Shown here one piece after another: positions 11,383 through 22,184 of a stretch of DNA of 64,000 nt (position 1 is its first letter; the number at the start of each line of letters is the position of its first letter). Made by a program: the position numbers and the translations under genes. Source of the stretch: Candidatus Bathyarchaeota archaeon (GTDB lineage: Archaea > Thermoproteota > Bathyarchaeia > Bathyarchaeales > Bathycorpusculaceae); contig CAVYHV010000017.1 of NCBI GenBank assembly GCA_963768425.1, forward strand, positions 1-64,000, read 5' to 3'. The notes under the pieces were generated by a model that was not told where the DNA came from, made no database searches, and saw only the letters and a list, made by a program, of their open reading frames with translations.

Positions 11383-11963
11383 ATGACTGAACTTCTTGAC
11401 TATGGGCTAGATTCTCCCGCAAGGGCTTTGCTAGTCCTGATTCTTTCCGTAGAAGATAGGACAAAACAAAAAACAATGAACAAACTTCACTTTCAAAAGG
11501 CAATGTACTACTTTGAAAAACTTAAACAAGATAAGGAAGTGTCCTTTTCAAACTACAAGTATGGCGGCGTTTCATTCGAACTCACGGAAAATATGGAAAC
11601 GTTAGAAGAGTCTGGACTTGTAACTAAAACTGGGACTATGTATGAATTAACGGGAGAAGGGGAAAGATTAGCCGAAGAACTTGTATAGAATATAAGAAAC
11701 GTGACCCTGATACAATATGTAAGCTTGAATACGCAAAGTTTCTTTTGAATGATCTCACCGACAAAGAATTGCTGTTCTTTATGTATATGACATTTCCAGA
11801 AACTCAAGTTAACTCGATTGAGTTCAAGAATCTAATCAAAGACAAGAATACTTACGTTCAGAAATTGTTCTTAAAGGGTCGAATAAACACTGCAACAGCT
11901 GCAGAATGGCTTGGAATTCCACCAAGAGCTTTCCTCGATTCTCTACCAAGCTGCGATCAGTAA
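11383..11963 (+). CDS. Antitoxin-like protein: DUF4065/Panacea-like wHTH N-terminus + UPF0175-like C-terminal HTH (split ORFs 11383-11688 and 11745-11963)
   Basis: KLHFQKAMYYF...FSNYKYGGVS; C-terminal GRINTATAAEWLGI. Confidence 0.6.
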
Positions 11964-12448
11964 TGGAATATATTTTCGATACCTCTGCAGTCATAGTATT
12001 ATTGGAAATATGCGGTTTAAAAAAGCAAATTCAAGCGTTTTCTACAAAAAACTCGCTATGTATTCCTAATAGAGTTAGAGAAGAGTTCTTGAATGGATGT
12101 AAAATAGACAAAAAGGATATAGATGTTTTTTCTCTTGTGCAGCCTGTTTTAAACGAAGAATTATTGCCTTATTTTAACAGAAACACAAGTTCTGGTGAGT
12201 TCTGGACAATATCTCATGGTTGCAACAATACTAATTGTGTTTGTGTGATTGACGATGGTTTTGGGAGAGATTTGTGTAGATTTTTGAGGATTCGGCATAC
12301 TGGTTCGATTGGTATTATAAGTGAGATGAAGAAACAAGGTTTTCTGTCAAAAGAAGACTTAGTAAGTATCCGCGAAAAAATAAGGAACAGTCGCTTCTAT
12401 TTGTCTAAAGAACTGATTGCCAAATTAGATGAAATTTGTTTTTCTTAA
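11963..12448 (+). CDS. PIN-domain toxin (DUF3368-like)
   Basis: MEYIFDTSAVI...GE...IDDGFGR...TGSIGII; TAATG coupling to the upstream gene. Confidence 0.8.
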   Translation: MEYIFDTSAVIVLLEICGLKKQIQAFSTKNSLCIPNRVREEFLNGCKIDKKDIDVFSLVQPVLNEELLPYFNRNTSSGEFWTISHGCNNTNCVCVIDDGFGRDLCRFLRIRHTGSIGIISEMKKQGFLSKEDLVSIREKIRNSRFYLSKELIAKLDEICFS

Positions 12449-12585
12449 TTCTTGATAAGGTTACGCAAGGTACAGTTGTGGATTATGGCCTAAACTTCTC
12501 TGGATGCATATAGAATGAACTCAATTCAAACAAAAATCAAAAGGCTGGAGCAGGGCGCACGCGATCCCCATCTCAACACCTTATC

Positions 12586-12622
12586 GGTTTGAACCCGCTA
12601 CGGTTCCGAATCCCGACCGTCT
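12586..12622 (+). repeat. Short inverted-core/forward-core site related to the att repeats
   Basis: ggtttgaacccgctacggttccgaatcccgaccgtc; similar to 17322-17356. Confidence 0.6.
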
Positions 12623-12696
12623 ATTTCTGACTTAGAACTGCCTGTTGTGGCTTGTTTTTCGAGTGCTTTTCTTGGAAGTTGATATTCAATGCAATC

Positions 12697-12780
12697 GCGA
12701 GTGACATCTCCACGGGAAGGGGGTTCAGATCTCATAGAGATTTAATCCAGATTGAGTTCAAATCACTTCCTTGGCGCACT
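12697..12780 (+). repeat. Chimeric att-like repeat (arm + core + catagaga tail + second core + tRNA-Ser-like 3' end)
   Basis: gcgagtgacatctccac-gggaagg-gggttcagatctcatagagatttaatcc...gagttcaaatcacttccttggcgca. Confidence 0.8.
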
Positions 12781-12855
12781 TTAGTGGGGCTTTGTTGACT
12801 AATGTATCACGCACATAATTGTTTTTTTAAGTAAGAGATTAGAGGAAAGGTTTAC

Positions 12856-13047
12856 TGAGGCTCTGGGAACTAAAGGAAGAAAATTTCTTTTCTTTAGGAG
12901 AATAAAAGAAAATGCAACCTTTTCAATTGCAGCTATTTTGAATGTAACCAAAGCCTTCTCAGCACCCATTCTTTCCATCTCTTGCCATTTTTTCATGGTT
13001 TTAAAGGACTAAAAAAAGGGAAAAGGATTGTGTTTAGCATTTTTAGC
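12856..13047. repeat. ~190-bp conserved non-coding segment downstream of PQQ-propeller genes (copies at about 19288-19425 and 38004-38189), including a U-rich terminator on the minus strand
   Basis: Shared gctctgg(g/a)aacta...ctttaggagaa...tcaattgcagctatttt...ggactaaaaaaaggg. Confidence 0.8.
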
Positions 13048-15300
13048 TTATGGATGTTTTCTTGTGACGAGGACCGCGAGCACTGCGCCGATAATGGTGA
13101 TGACGATAATGACAGCGACGATTCCGTATTCGAGGGTTGTGTTTGAGGCTAAGCCAGTGAGCGGTGTTGCTGTCGGTGATGCTGTTGCTCCGGGCGAGCT
13201 TGCGTAGAAAGCTGTTTGAGCAGAAGAGCCATAATACGCTTGCGTACCTGCGAATGTGGCGGTAAGAGTGTAGTTGCCAGAGATGTCAGGCTTCCATACG
13301 AAGCTATACAATCCACTGGCGTCGGTTGTGGTTTTGCCGATTACTCTGTTGTTGTCGTTAGAGTCCAAGACGGATATTGTGACTGGTACTCCGGTTGTGT
13401 TGGTTAGCATTGGCTGCTGCATGTAGACGGCCTCCATGAACTGTGACATGCTTGCGTCGGAAACGCATGGTAAGCCGTTGGGGAAGTTAGCTGCAACTGC
13501 TGCTTGTGATGCGCCTGCGGAGATGTCGGTGACTGCGCCCGTTATCGTTACTGGTGTGTCAGTTGTCACACCCAAGTCGGGAGCCGTGATTGTGGTTTTG
13601 CTGGGTCCCATGCCATAAGCGTATAGCTGGTTGTCATACATGTTTGGAACTACGAGGATGCCATCTGAAACGGGCATTGTTAATTGAATGTTAAAGTTGC
13701 TTATGTCCCAGATTAGGCTTCCAGTGGTAGCGTTTATACAGTAAAGTAGACAGTCTCTAAACAAAGGATCCCCGTGAGATACACCAGTTGACGCATAGAC
13801 TTTGCCGTCAGCGATCGTCATGCTTGTTGTTTCGAATGGTGCTGTGTTGAATCCAGGGACATTGGTTCCGGTGTTTGTTCCGTCAAACCTCCATAGAACC
13901 TGACCAGTCGTAAGGTTGTACGCAGAAACTCCGTCTGTTTCTAAGCCATATAGGATCCCGTTAGCGATTGACGATTCCTTGAAAGATGCTTCTGAACCCC
14001 ACGGGTTAGGATCTGGTGCAGATGTCCATAGCTTCTGACCGGTAGCGGTGCTAAAGGCGTACCATTCCTCTGCGTATGCGTCGTAAGTGGTGTAAACTCC
14101 GTTGGCCATTGGTCCCATAGACCATTCATAGGAATTTGAGGGGGAGGGATATGTGCGGTTTTGGACCCATAGTTGCTGACCTGTTGTCGCATCATAAGCT
14201 ATATCCAATTGAGAGCTTGCTGCAGCGCTTTCGCTGCTTCCATCTGTCACAAGTACTATACCTGAATTGGATTCAACTACCATCTGACCTGGATAGTTTG
14301 GTGTCGTAACGTTCCATTGTATGCCTGTAGCAAAGTTAAGCGTCGCTCCCACGGGAGGATAAAATTGCCAAATGTTTCCAGTGATTGCGGTAGAAGCCTT
14401 CTGGATGCATAGAGATGAGTTCCACATTGCGAGCCAATTATTGCCTATGACGTAATCTAGTAACTCACCGTTAGGACCCTCAACTGTTGGATCACTAAAC
14501 GGGTTACCTGAAAGAGCTGCAGGTGGCACGTTTGCAATTTTCAGTATCTGGTTACCTGTGTTAGCGTCGTACATAGTCCATGTAGTTCCAGTAGTCGACC
14601 ATAAGTATGGAAGGCCTCCTTCTTGGTTTGGCGTTAAATAGTTGTAGATTTGACCGAGTGAGATTGCCGTCCCAAATTCTGCTATACCGGCACCGGGGAG
14701 TAGTCCGGCTACGAGGGGTCCAGTAGCGTTTTGGAACCATAGGGTCTGTCCTGTGCGTAAATCCACGGCGTAGAATCCTTCGTATGGAGATGCAGGCGCA
14801 TTGTAGTAAAGTACTCCGTTGATGATTACGGGCGGTGAAAACTCGCTTTGATATGACTTTCCAGTGTAGTAGTTGCTTGTATCGGTGCCTCCGAATTCGC
14901 CTCCGATTAAGCCTCCATCCTGTAACGGCTTAGTCCAAAGTATATGTGGACTGTTAGGAGCAGTAGTGTATGCATTAAAGTTTCCAGTTCCATTGTAATT
15001 GGTCGCTTGAAACCCGTTAAGCCCTTGAGCCAGCCAATTTCCTGAAATCGTGTACCATAGTTGATTTTGAGCATTTATTGGTGTAGTCCAGTAATTTGTC
15101 GGTAGTGGAGTTTGAGAAAGTGTTGACGCTGGTGGTGTTTGCACTGTGAGTATTGTGCTATAACTGCTTGCTGAATAAAACCAATCAATAAATGATGCGG
15201 TGGTGATATCGTATCCTTCTAGTTGCTGGCCTGGAAAACTGAACTTCAGCGTGTAATTTCCGGTTTGAGTAGGCGTGTAAGTTGTGACTGCAAACGCTGC
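13048..15300 (-). pseudogene. PQQ-like beta-propeller surface protein, 5'-truncated (no signal peptide)
   Basis: Paralogous to 38190-40823; homologous frame continues upstream of the ORF to about 15300 (YTPTQTGNYTLKFSFPGQ) and then ends; C-terminal TM ending RKHP. Confidence 0.75.
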
Positions 15301-15635
15301 AGAGGCGACTTGGGCGTTCTCGACATGGGCAAGCTAACGCGCGAATTGGAAGGCAAAAGTAAGTGAAATTGGAGCCCCGCCCACTCGAATTATTCTTTTT
15401 CTCAGTTGCTCAGTTTTTATGCAGACTAAGGCTTTAATTGAACAGCTCCAGCGCGCTTTTAGCCGTCAGAAAGTTCCGTGCAGACCACTTTTCCAGCTTC
15501 CATTCAGAATCTCAACAACATTTTCAAGGAGCTTCTCAATGAACCGAAAATTGCGCTGTCCGGTAGTTTCCCATTTTCCCAAATTAAGCCGTAGTCGGCG
15601 GTCATTCAACCGCGCGCCGATTAGCAGAAAGTCAA

Positions 15636-15679
15636 GGGTTCAAATCCATAGAGATTTAATCAAGTTTGGAATTCAAATC
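15636..15679 (+). repeat. Core + catagaga-tail site
   Basis: gggttcaaatccatagagatttaatc...ttcaaatc, matches 12721-12764. Confidence 0.75.
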
Positions 15680-15774
15680 GGTTCCGCGTTACAAGAACCT
15701 TGACCTTTTCCCTCGACAAGGTGTATTAACAAATTTTAAATACTTGTAAATATATTTATATTTACTGATAAACG

Positions 15775-16257
15775 ATGTGCCCAAGTTGCTCAGTTTCTTC
15801 ACCGTTGAGTCAAAGTCAAAAAGCCATTTGGTCACTAATCAGCAAAGGCTTCTCAGTCGCAAATATAGCTGACAAACTCAAAACGACACGACAATACGTC
15901 AACCAAACCAGATTAGCCGCAGAAGCTAAACTTGCAACCACACTTCTAGACGTGGCACAAGTCAACGACATCCAAGTGACAAAGCTGTACCCAAAACAAG
16001 CCATGCTCCTCGGCTACCACCCATCACTGAAACGCAAAACCATCATCACCTACACAACCAACCACGGCCTAAAAGTCTGGTACTGGCACGACAACCCCGA
16101 AGAAGTCACCGACCAAGCCTTTCTTGATCAAACACGGGGGTACCTAATGGATATCGGCAGAGAAAGAGGACTAAACATCGAGGAAGTAGCCAATGTTCAC
16201 CCAGCCAAGCTAGCTCACATGATTTTCAGTAAACTTATCCCGGAGTTGAAAGCATGA
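15775..16257 (+). CDS. HTH DNA-binding protein
   Basis: LSQSQKAIWSLISKGFSVANIADKLKTTRQYV, LuxR/sigma-4-like HTH. Confidence 0.75.
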   Translation: MCPSCSVSSPLSQSQKAIWSLISKGFSVANIADKLKTTRQYVNQTRLAAEAKLATTLLDVAQVNDIQVTKLYPKQAMLLGYHPSLKRKTIITYTTNHGLKVWYWHDNPEEVTDQAFLDQTRGYLMDIGRERGLNIEEVANVHPAKLAHMIFSKLIPELKA

Positions 16258-17039
16258 AGCTAAGACATATAGAGCAAAAGGTTAGGGGTTGGCTTCCCGA
16301 ACAGCCGAATAAAGCAAGTATTTCTGAAAGTAAACCTAATACAGCTGCTTTAACAAGCAAATCATTGCTCCGAATTGGCGGAATAGTTTTGCCTATCATT
16401 GGCTTAGGTTTGGTCGCATTTTACACGGTTGAAATGTTTGAGTTCTATTATACGCATTTTCAAATTTTCACCTTGCGTTGGATGCTTTATTTTGCCTATT
16501 TTGCTGGAATAGCCGCTGTGATAGCGGGAGTAAAAATGAGGATGCGTACATCGGCAGTTGGCGTGCCAGAGTTCAAGAGAGCAAACTCGGTTGCAGGAAT
16601 AACATTACTTTCAATAGCTTCTCTTGGTCTTGTTGTCGTTACTGAGGCAGACCTGCATCTTGCATCCACTCTCACGGTATTTCAATTCATTCGGCTGTCT
16701 TGGTGGAGTAATCCGGGAAATTACGCGAATATTCTTTCGATTCTGCCATTAGCGGGATTGTTAATTCTATTAGTTGGAAAAACTAAACAAACTAAATTTC
16801 GACTCTCAACAAAGATTGCATTATGGATTCTATCCCTTGGTGTCATAGCATTAATTATGAATGTAATAATTGGAGTGTTTGGTTCAGTTGGGCTAAATGC
16901 GGCGAACGGGTACGTGCTCTTAGCACCTTACACTGCTCTTTATTTGATTCCTGTTGGCATTTTATCCCTAACTTCCGCATGGCTTTTTCTGCTATCCACT
17001 CAATCATTTCAAGTCGGTGGCTCAATTGGTACACAGTAA
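16254..17039 (+). CDS. Polytopic membrane protein with N-terminal RGWLP motif
   Basis: About 6 hydrophobic helices; ATGA overlap with the HTH gene. Confidence 0.75.
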   Translation: MKLRHIEQKVRGWLPEQPNKASISESKPNTAALTSKSLLRIGGIVLPIIGLGLVAFYTVEMFEFYYTHFQIFTLRWMLYFAYFAGIAAVIAGVKMRMRTSAVGVPEFKRANSVAGITLLSIASLGLVVVTEADLHLASTLTVFQFIRLSWWSNPGNYANILSILPLAGLLILLVGKTKQTKFRLSTKIALWILSLGVIALIMNVIIGVFGSVGLNAANGYVLLAPYTALYLIPVGILSLTSAWLFLLSTQSFQVGGSIGTQ

Positions 17040-17321
17040 CTGAATTTGAGGGAAGATTAAGGTAGCTCTTATGACCATGGCCTTTTCCCATTATTAGGCG
17101 TACCTAACCTCTGCTTTATTAAGCGAAAGTCAAAGATTCGATTTCTGCATCGAAACAAGAAAAAGAAAAGGGAGAACGCAGAAGCGAAAATTCTTTTGTT
17201 GATATCAACAACCGAGTCCTAGACCAAACTTAGACGACGACCGACTCAGCCTCACGACAACATAATGTCGCCGAAATCATTTTCGGCGATTTCAGGGTAA
17301 TTTTCGCTTTCTGTGCAGTGT

Positions 17322-17356
17322 GGTCTGAACCCTACGGTTCTAATCTCCCTCAGTCC
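17322..17356 (+). repeat. Inverted core + core + tRNA-Ala-like tail
   Basis: ggtctgaaccctacggttctaatctccctcagtcc; tail matches 29509-29528. Confidence 0.7.
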
Positions 17357-17379
17357 GCTCGGAAAATATCGTTGCTTGT

Positions 17380-18093
17380 TTATTTTTGATACTGAAGGGG
17401 CCTTATGACTTTGATGGGTTTTATTTTTTTCCAGTCTGTTATATCTTCAGTTATTATGGTGTCTAAGCCTTGCCTTTTCATGCATGCGGCATGTACAGAG
17501 TCATAGGTAACGCCTGATTCTAGCATAATGGTCGCTGCGTCTTGAAGAACTCGTTCATCGATCTGTATCATCTCTATCGGCAAAGAAAAGAATGCATCAA
17601 GAGCGATTGCCGCTTTTGCAGGATCTATCTTGGATAGGGAACCTAGGAGTTCTATAGGAACCAGAAAACCACAGAAAGCGTCAATCTTCTCATTCTGGAT
17701 ATCATCGATTATTTGTTTACAACACTTTCCGTAAACGGGGTGTGCTAGAGCTGAATAATCAAAGATGTTGGTGTCCACGTAGTAGCTCAATCTGCAGCTT
17801 CCTTTTGCTTTTCGCAACCCAGTTTCTTTTGGCTTGGAGAGGGCGGTCTTTTCCCAAGATTCTTCAACGAGTTTGGTTGCGTCAATATCGATTGGTTTGC
17901 CAAAAAGGTTCCAGAGTGCATCAGAGGGGTTGGAGACGCGTTTTGGAGATTCCATTATTATGCGTTTGTTTTCAGACTTTACAATGAGTTTGTCGCCAAT
18001 TTTTACGCCAAGTTTGGATCGGACACTTTCAGGTATAGTAACCTGGTACTTTCGAGTCACCTTAACTTCTTCTTTCAAACGCGGATTCACCAA
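17380..18093 (-). CDS. AbrB antitoxin-PIN (VapC) toxin in one reading frame
   Basis: VTRKYQVTIPESVRSKLGVKIGD (AbrB) then YYVDTNIF...YDSVHAA...ITED (PIN). Confidence 0.8.
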   Translation of the reverse strand: MVNPRLKEEVKVTRKYQVTIPESVRSKLGVKIGDKLIVKSENKRIIMESPKRVSNPSDALWNLFGKPIDIDATKLVEESWEKTALSKPKETGLRKAKGSCRLSYYVDTNIFDYSALAHPVYGKCCKQIIDDIQNEKIDAFCGFLVPIELLGSLSKIDPAKAAIALDAFFSLPIEMIQIDERVLQDAATIMLESGVTYDSVHAACMKRQGLDTIITEDITDWKKIKPIKVIRPLQYQK

Positions 18094-18159
18094 TGATGGT
18101 AGTACAGGCGTAGTACTTTAAGCTTCTGCAAAACGGAGAATCGCGAATTCTGCTGCTAT

Positions 18160-18210
18160 GAACACTTGACTTGTACTCAAGAGGTCAGATGTTCAAATCC
18201 CCCCAGTCCA
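18160..18210 (+). pseudogene. Degenerate 3' two-thirds of a tRNA-Ala-like gene
   Basis: Anticodon arm cttga-cttgtac-tcaag, variable loop aggtc, T-loop ttcaaat, tail ccccccagtcca; no 5' half. Confidence 0.7.
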
Positions 18211-18258
18211 TAACGCGGTTTTAACCTTTTAAGTACAGATATACACCAGATTAATTTT

Positions 18259-18287
18259 GGGTTCGAATCTCTTCTCAGGCGCCAACT
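18259..18287 (+). repeat. tRNA-Ser-like 3' fragment (direct repeat with 19208-19230)
   Basis: gggttcgaatctcttctcaggcgccaact vs gaatcccttcccaggcgccaact. Confidence 0.75.
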
Positions 18288-18360
18288 CCAAAATTATGGT
18301 CATAGGATTTTGGTGAAGTTTATAGGATACGTTTGATATCTACTGTATTACAGGGATTCC

Positions 18361-18654
18361 ATGTCAGAAACAATCACGCTAAGATTACCTCCTGCAACAG
18401 CAAGGAAACTTCGTGAAATAGCTAAGAAAGAAGGAAAAGACAGATCAACGCTCATACGCGAGTTACTGGAGCACGGAGTTAAAGAGAAAGGTCTAGAACA
18501 GGCGATTGAACTCTATCGTGCAGGTCAAGTCACTGGTTGGAAGGCAGCCCAACTAGGAGGAGTGTCCCTATGGGCGTTCTATAGAATATTGGCAGAAAAA
18601 GGAGTTCTCATCCAGTATTCTGAGCAAGACTTGGAGGAAGACCTCAAGTCTTAA
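18361..18654 (+). CDS. UPF0175-family antitoxin (RHH + HTH)
   Basis: ITLRLP...DRSTLIRELL...AIELYRAGQVTGWKAAQLGGVS. Confidence 0.85.
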   Translation: MSETITLRLPPATARKLREIAKKEGKDRSTLIRELLEHGVKEKGLEQAIELYRAGQVTGWKAAQLGGVSLWAFYRILAEKGVLIQYSEQDLEEDLKS

Positions 18655-18669
18655 TTGGAGCACAGAAAT

Positions 18670-19202
18670 TTGCGCACCATCTCCAACACCAGTCCGCTAA
18701 TATGGCTCTCAAAAATGGGCAAACTTGATCTACTCAGAGACCTTTTTGATGAGATTTTGATCCCAAAAGAAGTTTACGAGAAGCCGTTGCAACAGGTCTG
18801 CAAGAAGGGTTCAGCGATGCTTTGATAATCAAAGAGGCGGTTGATCAAGGCTGGATAAAAATAACAATGCTTGATGAAAAAGAAGTCGAACTGTGCCTCG
18901 AAATGACGAATCACGCATTTGAACTTCATATGGGTGAAGCGCAGGCTATAGCTTTAGCTCGCAGAATGGGCAAGGAAACGCTACTTTTAATTGATGAATC
19001 TAGCGCTCGAGCATTTGCTGAAGCTTGGGGGCTAAAAGTCAAAGGCGTAATCTACGTTATAATGACGTCTCTCCGACGCGGAATATTGGATAAAAAAGAG
19101 GCAAAGGAAATAATGCTAACTCTGGTTCGCAAAGGGTTCAGAATCGAACCAAAATTGCTGGCAAGAATAATAAAAGAAATCGATGACTCGCAGTTAAACT
19201 AG
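18670..19202 (+). CDS. DUF3368-family PIN toxin (frameshift near 18780)
   Basis: MRTISNTSPLIWLSK... then LHMGEAQAIALA...IDESSARAFA. Confidence 0.8.
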
Positions 19203-19207
19203 GAAGA

Positions 19208-19230
19208 GAATCCCTTCCCAGGCGCCAACT
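19208..19230 (+). repeat. tRNA-Ser-like 3' fragment
   Basis: gaatcccttcccaggcgccaact, with G discriminator + CCA. Confidence 0.7.
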
Positions 19231-19425
19231 TTCATTTTGCCGAATTGAAAAAGTCAACCGTGGCTTGCTCGAGCGATTTTGGGTTTGCTGCTCTGGAAAC
19301 TACGAAAGAAAAGTTCTTTTAGGAGAAAAAGAAAAAATGCAAACTCTTCAATTGCAGCTATTTTGAATGTAACTTTCTATAGGACTAAAAAAAGGGAAGA
19401 GGATTTGGTGTTGGTTTTTTGTCGT

Positions 19426-22032
19426 TTATGGGTGTTTTCTTGTCACGAGCAGTGCGACTATGACGATGCCTATGATGAATACAATGATCATTGCGACGAC
19501 TGCGTACATGACTGTGGTGTTTGAGGCTAAGCCGCTGAGTGGTGTTGCTGTGGGCGCTGGTGTTGCCGCTGGAGCGCCTGCGTAGAAGTAGGTTGAGGCT
19601 GAGGATCCGTAGTATGATTGTGTGCCTCCGAAGACTGCGGTGACCGTGTAATTGCCTGCGATGTCAGGGGTCCATGTTAAGCCGTATTCGCCTTGCGCGT
19701 TGGTTGTGGTTGTGCCGATTGATCGGTAGTTGCCATTGGAGTCTAGGACGAATAGTGTGACTGGAACGCCGGTTATGTTGGTTGGCATTGGCTGCTGCAT
19801 GTAGACTGCTTCCATGAAGGCCGTCATGCTTGCGTCTGAAACGCATGGTAACCCGTTGGGGAAGTTCGCGGCAACCGCATTCTGCGATGCGCCAGAGGAG
19901 ATGTCTGTAACTGAACCGGTGATCGTCACTGGTGTCGATGTTGTAACGCCAACCTGTGGTGCATTAACAGTTGTTTTGCTTGGGCCCTGCCCGTAAGCGT
20001 ATATCTGGTTGTCGTAGCCGTTTAGAGCTACGAGAACGCCGTCTGAAATAGGCATGTCTCCTTCACCGAATGTGTTTATGTTCCAAATTAGTTTTCCAGT
20101 AGTAGCGTTTACGCAGTAAAGTTGGGCGCCATCAAAAACTGGGTCTCCATGACTAACGCCTGTGTTCAAGTAGAGTTTTCCGTCAGCAACGGTCATTGTA
20201 GCTTGCTCAAAAGGATAGTAATTGAATCCAGGAAAATTCGTTCCACTGTTAATTCCGTTGAAAGTCCAAAGTGGCTTGCCAGTTGTTAGATCAAAGGCGT
20301 GAACCCCATCTGAAGCAAATCCATACAGAATTCCATAAGCAATTTGGGATTGCCACGGACAAGGCTCTGAACCCCATGGATCTGCATCGGCTGTAGTTGG
20401 GCCCCATATCTTTGGCCTGTGTTGGCGTTATATGCATACCACTGCTCAGCAAATGCATCGTATACTGTGAATATGCCGTCAGCCATTGGTCCCATTTCGT
20501 AGTTGAACCCAGTTGTGGGTCCAGATGGTAGTGTCACATTTTGAATCCATAGTTGATTCCCTGTTGTTGCGCTGTAGCCTACTTCGATTGCGTAGCTAAC
20601 GGTGGGAGGCGCCAAAAAGCTGCCAACTCCCGTATCTGTGCTTGTAAGTATTATTCCTGAATTGACGTCTACTATTGCCTCGCCTGGGTAAGTTTGACTG
20701 GTAATGTTCCATTGGATGCCCGTTTCCCAGTTAAGACTTGCTCCAGTTGGTGGACTCCAGACCCAGTAGTTTGTACTAAATAGCGAGATCGGTGGCGTAT
20801 ATTCGCCGAATGTTCCGATGGCCTGTGACGAGTTCCACAAAGCTATCCAACCAGTTCCTACGATGTAGTCAAGGAGTTCGCCGTTAGGTCCTTCAACTGT
20901 CAGTTGTGAATCCTCCGTTGGGCTTAATGCATTTGTCATTTGTAATATCAGGTTTCCCGTGTTGGCGTCATACATGTACCACGTATTTGTGTCAGTTGAC
21001 CACAAGTAGGGCAAACCTCCTTCCATGTTGGGTGACAGATAGTTATAGGTCTGACCAAGCGTAAGATCAGGGTATGCCCAGCCCACCACCATGCCGCCAA
21101 AAGGTTGGTACGGTGCGCCGGTGCTGTTTTGCCACCATAATTGTTGTCCCGTTTGCAAATCTACAGCGTAGAAACCTTCTTTAGGATTCGTAGGAGCATT
21201 GTAGAAAAGTACGCCGTTGATAATTATTGGCGGTGTGAACTCCATTTGATAAGACTTTCCCGTGAAGTAGTTGCTTGTATCGGTTCCGCCGAATTCGCCT
21301 CCGATTAGGCCTCCGTTCTCCACTGGCTTAGACCACAGAATGTGAGCACTTCCGGGTCCGGTGCTGTATGCATTGAAGTTTCCCGTCGAGTTGTAGTTTG
21401 TTGATCCAAAAGTTGATGTTCCTAACGCCAGCCAATTTCCTGAAATTGCAGCCCATAAACTATTTTGTGAATTTATTGGGCGGGTCCAGTATGATGTTGG
21501 AAGCGGAGTTTGTGAATAAGATGACGCTGGTTGTTGCTGCACCGAAAGGGATGTGGTGAAACTGCTCCCTGCAAAATAATTGTTGATTGGTTGGTCAGTT
21601 ACGAATGAAAACCCAGTTACGTGCTGCCCTGGAAAATTGAACTTAAAGGTGTAGTTACCAACAGTAGCAGGTGTGTAGTATGTCACGTAGAATGAGGCGT
21701 CATTGGCTGTGAACGGTCCTAATGTTGTGGTTGTCCCGCTGGGCGTTGTAATCAATACTGTGAAGCCCTGCCATCTTCCTCCTACCTCACCAAATGCAGT
21801 CGGGTTGGCTTGGCCAACCACATTTCTATGGTCGCCTGCTGCCGACTCCTGCGGGGTTCGGCGAAACATTACAAAAGGCATTCGTAGGCCAAGGAGAAGT
21901 TGCGGTCTGGGCTTTTGTCGTTGGTAAAGCTATTACTGCCCCGGAAATTGTCAACAACAGAATCAAAGAAATTACTGATAGTTTCTGCTTTCCATGATTC
22001 TCAGAATTCCTAATAAAGAACTCAATAGACAT
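19426..22032 (-). CDS. PQQ-like beta-propeller surface protein (frameshifted: ORFs 21826-22032, 20286-21881, 19426-20196)
   Basis: Signal peptide, TPLPTSYWTRPI, NFPNGLPCVSDASM, C-terminal TM ending RKHP. Confidence 0.8.
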
Positions 22033-22184
22033 TTTTGTTTTTCTCCTTATTCTTATAAAGAATGAGATCAGAGGAAACTGTATTTAAAAAGTGGCAAGAA
22101 AGCTTCTTGCTTTCAGAAAAACTTAAAACTGAAATGATATGAAAGGTACATAGGTAACATTGCGTTGCCTGTACCGGGGAGAGG

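Noticed and set aside
17268-17289. Perfect 9-bp hairpin tcgccgaaa-tcat-tttcggcga
   Set aside because: Single occurrence between convergent genes; no further support for a function.
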